From NCBI GenBank assembly GCA_963836205.1, contig CAWIIV010000010.1, positions 1 through 12,243 on the forward strand: a stretch of 12,243 nt of DNA. Reading direction: 5' to 3'. The position numbers and the translations under genes were made by a program. The notes beneath the pieces are model-generated. The model did no database searches and was not told the DNA's origin. It worked only from the letters and a program-made list of their open reading frames with translations. Origin of the DNA: an uncultured Acidimicrobiia bacterium. GTDB taxonomy: Bacteria; Actinomycetota; Acidimicrobiia; Acidimicrobiales; AC-14. The first letter of the stretch is position 1. The number at the start of each line of letters is the position of its first letter. This document shows positions 7,933 through 12,243 of this stretch, piece by piece.

Positions 7933-8433
7933 ATGGCCTCCCGCACACCAACGTGTGTGTGGAGTGTGTCGGACGAATTGGTGGTGGCCCTCGACACCCG
8001 CTTCGGTCCGCCGGTCGACGCCTACGTCAACGGGTCGCAGGTGTGGCTGCGCGACGACGGGCCGGGCGGGATCACGGTCGAGTGGCGCCTCCACCCGGTG
8101 GCCGGGTACCAGCGGCCGGCGGGTATGGGCACCTACGAGGTCTTCGACGAGATCTCGGCCGCTCTCGGCGCGGGGTCGGCGCCGGTCGCCTCCGTCGACA
8201 CGCTGTGGGACGGGTTGGAGGCGTTCCCCGCCTACGGCGACGAGGTGGAGCCGGCCACCCTGGCCGCAGCCTGCACCGACGCCCTGGGCCGCCCGCCCGA
8301 CGCCGCCGGCCTGGCCGACCACCAGGGGATCGGCGACGCGTGGGAGCACTCGGGAGGCCAGGTGTCGATCGTTTCCGCCCTCCTCGAGCAACTCTCGCCC
8401 GGTCCCGACCCCGCCAATTCGGACCGTCGGTAG
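7933..8433 (+). CDS. hypothetical protein (166 aa)
   Basis: CAAACT plus 6 nt then ATG. Globular-looking composition (FGPPVDAYVNGSQVWL, EWRLHPVAGY, LWDGLEAFPAYGD) with GC-rich third codon positions. Confidence 0.78.
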   Translation: MASRTPTCVWSVSDELVVALDTRFGPPVDAYVNGSQVWLRDDGPGGITVEWRLHPVAGYQRPAGMGTYEVFDEISAALGAGSAPVASVDTLWDGLEAFPAYGDEVEPATLAAACTDALGRPPDAAGLADHQGIGDAWEHSGGQVSIVSALLEQLSPGPDPANSDRR

Positions 8434-8469
8434 GGCGATGAATCCGCGCCGTTCGGGCGAACCCCGGGA

Positions 8470-9783
8470 TCAGCGGCGGCGGCGGCCGCCTCGACGCCGG
8501 CCCGAACGACCGTGGGACGGGTCGTCGCCGTCGTGGTCGTCGGTCCGCCCGCCGAGGTCGACCACCAGCGCGTCCTCGTCACCGGTGGGAGCGGCGTCGC
8601 GACCCGAGCGCCGCCGCCGCTGCCGGCCGCCGATGTCGTGGACCTCCCCCTCCTGCCAGAACAAGTCGGAGTCGCTGTAAGGATTGGGCGCCTCCGCCTC
8701 GGCCGCCCGCGCGTCCTGCATGACGGCCGCGTCCCCCACGGACTCGTCGTCGCCAAGGCCGCCGATGCCAGGGGCGCCGATGTCGCCCGCCCCTGAGACA
8801 CCGGGATCGCCGGCCCCGGAGTCGCCCTCGGAGACGCCAGCTCCGGAGTCGCCGACGATGTCGTCCGCGGCGGCGTCGCCAAGGGACGCGCCGGAGTCGC
8901 CACCGGAGGAGGCATGTGCGACGGCGGTGACGTCCCCGGAGTCGCCGTCGGACTCACTGGTGGCGGGGTCCTTCGAGTCGCCTTGCTCGTCGGAGTCGTT
9001 CTCCTCCGAGTCCTCGTCCTCGTCGTCGCCTGAGTCGTCGTCGCCTGAGTCGTCGTCGTCCGAGTCGTCGTCGTCCGAGTCGTCGTCGTCCGAGTCGTCG
9101 TCGTCCGAGTCGTCGTACTCATCGTCGTCGTACTCGTCGTCGTCGTACTCGGAGTCGTCGACAGCCTCGGCGGGCTCGGAGTCGTCGACAGCCTCGGCGG
9201 GCTCGGCGGCGGGCTCGGCGGCGGGTACGGCCGGCTCGGCGGGCGAGGGCTCGTCGGCAGCAGCCGCAGCGGCGGCGGCCGCGGCGTCGGACTTCCGGCC
9301 GGCGTCGATGAGCCTGCGGAGGGCCTCGGCCTCTTCCCGGACGCTCGCTGACTCCTGGTCGCCGGTAGCGGTCTCCGGTCCTTGCGCGGCCATCTTGGGG
9401 GCCGGCTGCTCGACGACGGCGCTGTACACGCGGGCCCAGCGCACGAGTTCGTCCTCGACGCCCATGATGAACACGCCCGCCACCTCGACGTCGCGCCCGG
9501 CGCCGTGGAGCTCGACCCACACCGTGCCCTCGTTGGACGCCGAGCGCACCAGGCTCAGACGGAAGCCGGGCTCGCTCTCGAAGATCGCCTGCCAGTTGCG
9601 CTTGACCTGCATCGATCCCCGGAAGTTCCGGCTCGGATAGATGGGCTGGATGCTCTCGAAGTCGGGGTGGAGGCACTTGGCGATGGCGTCGGCGTCGTGG
9701 CGATTGGCCGCGTCGACGAAGCGGCTGACCACGGTGACCGGATCGGACACGGCCTTTCGACGACGAAAACGGCGCAGCAGCAA
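8470..9783 (-). CDS. SnoaL/NTF2-like domain protein with long acidic low-complexity C-terminal tail
   Basis: SD AGGAGGT, 7 nt, then TTG 9783 (alternative GTG 9750). NTF2-like segment VVSRFVDAANRHDADAIAKCLHPDF...VRWARVY followed by an Ala/Asp/Glu/Ser/Gly-rich tail. Confidence 0.82.
   Translation of the reverse strand: MLLRRFRRRKAVSDPVTVVSRFVDAANRHDADAIAKCLHPDFESIQPIYPSRNFRGSMQVKRNWQAIFESEPGFRLSLVRSASNEGTVWVELHGAGRDVEVAGVFIMGVEDELVRWARVYSAVVEQPAPKMAAQGPETATGDQESASVREEAEALRRLIDAGRKSDAAAAAAAAAADEPSPAEPAVPAAEPAAEPAEAVDDSEPAEAVDDSEYDDDEYDDDEYDDSDDDDSDDDDSDDDDSDDDDSGDDDSGDDEDEDSEENDSDEQGDSKDPATSESDGDSGDVTAVAHASSGGDSGASLGDAAADDIVGDSGAGVSEGDSGAGDPGVSGAGDIGAPGIGGLGDDESVGDAAVMQDARAAEAEAPNPYSDSDLFWQEGEVHDIGGRQRRRRSGRDAAPTGDEDALVVDLGGRTDDHDGDDPSHGRSGRRRGGRRRR
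9020..9225. repeat. compound coding tandem repeat (15-bp x9, 27-bp x2, 12-bp x2)
   Basis: TCGTCGTCGCCTGAG x2, TCGTCGTCGTCCGAG x4 and TCGTCGTACTCnnnG x3 (9020-9154). CTCGGAGTCGTCGACAGCCTCGGCGGG x2 (9148-9201). CTCGGCGGCGGG x2 (9202-9225). Confidence 0.92.
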
Positions 9784-9808
9784 GAAGACGACCTCCTGAG
9801 GACCGGGG

Positions 9809-10531
9809 TTACGGTAGTTCGTCGTTCCCGGCGCCGCCGGTAGCGGCGGTGCGCCAGAGGGGTTGCCGGGGCTGGTCGAAGAGCACTTCCACCGGCTCCC
9901 CCCGGATGGCCTCGAAGGCCGGCACCTGCCACCGGCCGGCTCCGGCAAGAGGGGTCGGCAGGGCGTCCTCCGCGAAAAAGCCCACATCGCGGCACTCGAG
10001 CGGGTGGGCCTGGAGCTCACCGCCCACCAGCCGGCAGTGGAACACCAGGGAGTACAAGGGGATGCGGGTGAAGCCGAGCCGCATCCCATCGAGGACCGCG
10101 ATGAGGCGCACCGGCTCGACCATCATCCCCGTCTCCTCCAGCACCTCCTTCACCGCCACCTCGGCCGGCGAGTAGCCCACGTCGGCCCATCCCGTCGGGT
10201 ACAGCCACATCCCCGAGTCCGACCGCTGGACGAGGAGGATCTCGCCCGCGTCGTTGCCGACGACGGCGCCGATCGCCACCTTGGGCGTCACGTAGCCGGC
10301 CACGCCCTGGCCGACGTGGGCCAGCCACTCCTCCACCCGGGCCACCGGGTCCGACCGGTGGCCGGCCGCGACCCCGATGTCGGCAGCTACCCGCAGCACC
10401 TCCTCGAACCGCTCCCGCTCGTAGAGGCTGTCCGTGAACCCGAGGCCGGTGCGGGCGATGGCGGCCAACGCCTCGCTCCATCGCAGCAGGTCGTGACCCG
10501 AAACCCCGCGGCCGGCATCCGGATCACTCAC
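9809..10531 (-). CDS. Nudix hydrolase with N-terminal helical (Nudix_N, YjhB-like) domain
   Basis: LAAIARTGLGFT..LYERERF, GYVTPKVA, and Nudix box GWADVGYSPAEVAVKEVLEETG. TAGGGT plus 8 nt before GTG 10531. Confidence 0.92.
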   Translation of the reverse strand: MSDPDAGRGVSGHDLLRWSEALAAIARTGLGFTDSLYERERFEEVLRVAADIGVAAGHRSDPVARVEEWLAHVGQGVAGYVTPKVAIGAVVGNDAGEILLVQRSDSGMWLYPTGWADVGYSPAEVAVKEVLEETGMMVEPVRLIAVLDGMRLGFTRIPLYSLVFHCRLVGGELQAHPLECRDVGFFAEDALPTPLAGAGRWQVPAFEAIRGEPVEVLFDQPRQPLWRTAATGGAGNDELP

Positions 10532-10579
10532 CGCAGCCGACCCTACCGTCCGGCTCTCGATCTGCGAAGATGGCGGGCC

Positions 10580-10762
10580 GTGAGCGTCAGGGCGGACTGC
10601 CGCCACTACTCCCGCCGGTCGCTCCCCACCGGCGACTCGGTCGAACGCTGCCGCCTCGACGTGGCCGAACAGGCCCCCTTCGCCTGCCCCGACGACTGCC
10701 TCTTCTTCGAGCCCCGGCCCATCAGCGACACCGGCTGGCAGCGCCCGGGCGACCGCCGCTGA
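10580..10762 (+). CDS. small four-Cys hypothetical protein (60 aa)
   Basis: MSVRADCRHYSRRSLPTGDSVERCRLDVAEQAPFACPDDCLFFEPRPISDTGWQRPGDRR. GC-rich third positions; fills the gap divergent from the Nudix gene. Confidence 0.75.
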   Translation: MSVRADCRHYSRRSLPTGDSVERCRLDVAEQAPFACPDDCLFFEPRPISDTGWQRPGDRR

Positions 10763-10974
10763 CTCGCAGTCTTCGAGGCCGGGGGTCGCAGCTCGAGTCC
10801 TGCTGTGGGTACTAACCGCAGGGCCACGGCACGAGCAGAGCCACCAATCGAAATGCGCAAACCACAGAGCGCGGTCGAACGCTTTCGTTGCGTAGTGAGG
10901 ACGTGGCGCGGCGAGCCGCTGCCTTCCCCGCGGCAAGAGTTTCGTGCCCCATCTCTCCGCCCGGTCGAGTGTGC

Positions 10975-10995
10975 AGAAAGGTACGAGATATGTCC
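10975..10995 (+). pseudogene. probable 5' stub (SD + ATG TCC) of a host gene interrupted by the IS
   Basis: AGAAAGG (10975-10981), 8 nt, ATG (10990), TCC, then the IS left end. Confidence 0.5.
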
Positions 10996-12239
10996 GGCGG
11001 CTTCAAGGGGTCACCGCAACGACCATGGCGATCAGGGAGGCTCCCTGGTCTGACTGAGGGGAGCGCCGGTGAGACATCTGACGGTGCAGGAACGTGCTCG
11101 GGCACGGCGTCTGGACCGGGAGGGCCTCTCGTTGCGGGAGATTGCCCGGGACTTGAGCAGGTCGGCTTCGGGGGTCCGGCTGGTCCTGCTCCGCGACCGT
11201 GGAGTCGATCCGGCGGCGCCGCCGCCGGCGGAACCCTGCTTCGTCGCCCGGGCCGGTCCGCTCGACGCCCGGTCCCGGGAGGAGATCGGACGTGGCCTGG
11301 TTCGAGGCGAGACCTTCACCGCCATCGCCCGCCATATCGGGCGCACGACCTCGACGGTGAGCCGGGAGGTCAAGGCCAACGGCGGTCGGCGTGGCTATCG
11401 GGCCATGGCCGCCCAGCTGGCATCCAGCGAGCGGGCGAGGCGGCCCAAGGACACCCACCTGGAGACCCGCCCCGAGCTGGCCGCGTGGGTCATCGCCCGC
11501 CTGCAGGAGCTGTGGTCGCCCAAGCAGATCGCCGACCAGTTGCCGATCGAGTTCCCGCACGATCCGATGATGCGGGTGTCCTACGAGACGATCTACCAGT
11601 CGCTGTTCGTGCAGGGTCGGGGGGCTCTGCGCAAGGAACTCACCGCCTGCCTGCGCAGCGGGCGGGCCACCCGCCGGCCCCAGGGCCGGCTCCAGACTCG
11701 GGGCAAGATCCCGGCGATGGTGATGATCAGCCAACGCCCGGCGGAGGCGGAGGACCGTGCGGTTCCCGGCCACTGGGAGGGCGACCTCATCATCGGCAAG
11801 GACGGCAGGAGCGCGGTGGGGACCCTGGTGGAGCGATCGACCCGCTACGTGATGCTGCTGCACCTGCCCGGCAACCACGGCGCCGAGGCGGTGCGGGCGG
11901 CGATGGCGGCCGCCATCCAACGACTGCCGGCAGAACTGTGGAAGTCGGTGACCTGGGACCAGGGCAAGGAGATGTCCCAGCACCGCCAGCTGCTCGTCGA
12001 CACCGGCGTGCAGATCTACTTCTGCGATCCCCACTCGCCCTGGCAGCGGGGCAGCAACGAGAACACCAACGGCCTGCTGCGCCAGTGGATGCCCAAGGGC
12101 ACCGACCTGAGCCGATTCAGCCCCGACGACCTCCTCGAGATCGAACGTCTGCTCAACGGTCGGCCCCGAGAGACCCTCGGCAAGGCGAAGCCCTGTGACA
12201 AGCTCGCCGAGGTTCTTGCGTCGACCGCTTGAGTCCGCC
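10996..12239 (+). mobile_element. complete IS30-family insertion sequence (1244 bp) with 3-bp target duplication
   Basis: IRL GGCGGCTTCAAGGGGTCACCGCAA versus reverse-complemented IRR GGCGGACTCAAGCGGTCGACGCAA, 19/24 identical. TCC flanks both ends (10993-10995 and 12240-12242). Confidence 0.9.
11069..12232 (+). CDS. IS30-family DDE transposase
   Basis: HTH segments (LSLREIARDL; IARHIGRTTSTVSREV), WSPKQI, VSYETIYQ, GHWEGDL, TWDQGKEM, PWQRGSNENTNGLLRQ. The stop codon lies inside the IRR. Confidence 0.96.
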   Translation: MRHLTVQERARARRLDREGLSLREIARDLSRSASGVRLVLLRDRGVDPAAPPPAEPCFVARAGPLDARSREEIGRGLVRGETFTAIARHIGRTTSTVSREVKANGGRRGYRAMAAQLASSERARRPKDTHLETRPELAAWVIARLQELWSPKQIADQLPIEFPHDPMMRVSYETIYQSLFVQGRGALRKELTACLRSGRATRRPQGRLQTRGKIPAMVMISQRPAEAEDRAVPGHWEGDLIIGKDGRSAVGTLVERSTRYVMLLHLPGNHGAEAVRAAMAAAIQRLPAELWKSVTWDQGKEMSQHRQLLVDTGVQIYFCDPHSPWQRGSNENTNGLLRQWMPKGTDLSRFSPDDLLEIERLLNGRPRETLGKAKPCDKLAEVLASTA

Positions 12240-12243
12240 TCCT

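Noticed and set aside
7894-8391. N-terminal extension of the 646-aa peptidase ORF
   Set aside because: Antisense to the 7933-8433 gene; the signal peptide and lipobox place the start at 7893.
9020-9225. Possible CRISPR array
   Set aside because: Repeats are contiguous, have no unique spacers, are in-frame coding, and no cas genes are present.
8232-9640. Ser-rich (+, 8684-9640) and Thr-rich (-, 8232-9122) ORFs
   Set aside because: Alternative-frame readings of the GAC-rich acidic tail, with no independent start signals.
9751-9783. RRF as a Tat signal on the SnoaL protein
   Set aside because: No hydrophobic h-region or cleavage site follows.
10850-10890. GCAAACC...ACGC resemblance to a c-di-GMP-I riboswitch
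   Set aside because: Lacks the GNRA-capped P2, the GACGCAAAG junction and the P3 receptor.
11003-12034. 343-aa antisense ORF in the IS, and similar long antisense ORFs elsewhere (1143-2357, 1574-3325, 3438-4547)
   Set aside because: Stop-poor shadow frames are expected at high GC, and none shows domain motifs.

Overview
High-GC, actinobacterial-style window; Acidimicrobiia-like is my inference from gene content. It is mostly ordinary chromosomal genes. In order: a small membrane protein plus an OmpR/BaeS-type two-component pair, a SAM methyltransferase, LtrA (-), a cysteine dioxygenase-family gene with a rhodanese, a PAC2 protein, an M1/gluzincin lipoprotein peptidase (-), a hypothetical protein, a SnoaL/NTF2 protein with a repeat-built acidic tail (-), a Nudix hydrolase (-), a 60-aa four-Cys protein, and a complete IS30-family element. 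The most interesting signal lies upstream of the dioxygenase. It combines two tandem CGAC-N7-GTCG boxes over the promoter, a leaderless 24-aa ORF ending in Cys-Cys-Arg, and an anti-SD stem covering the dioxygenase RBS, which together suggest a cysteine-sensing leader-peptide switch on a probably catabolic operon. Also notable: a likely one-base frameshift at the kinase 5' end, an IS30 element with a TCC duplication sitting at codon 2 of a probable host gene, a REP-like palindrome, and many apparently leaderless starts. All calls were made by eye, with no searches or folding runs.
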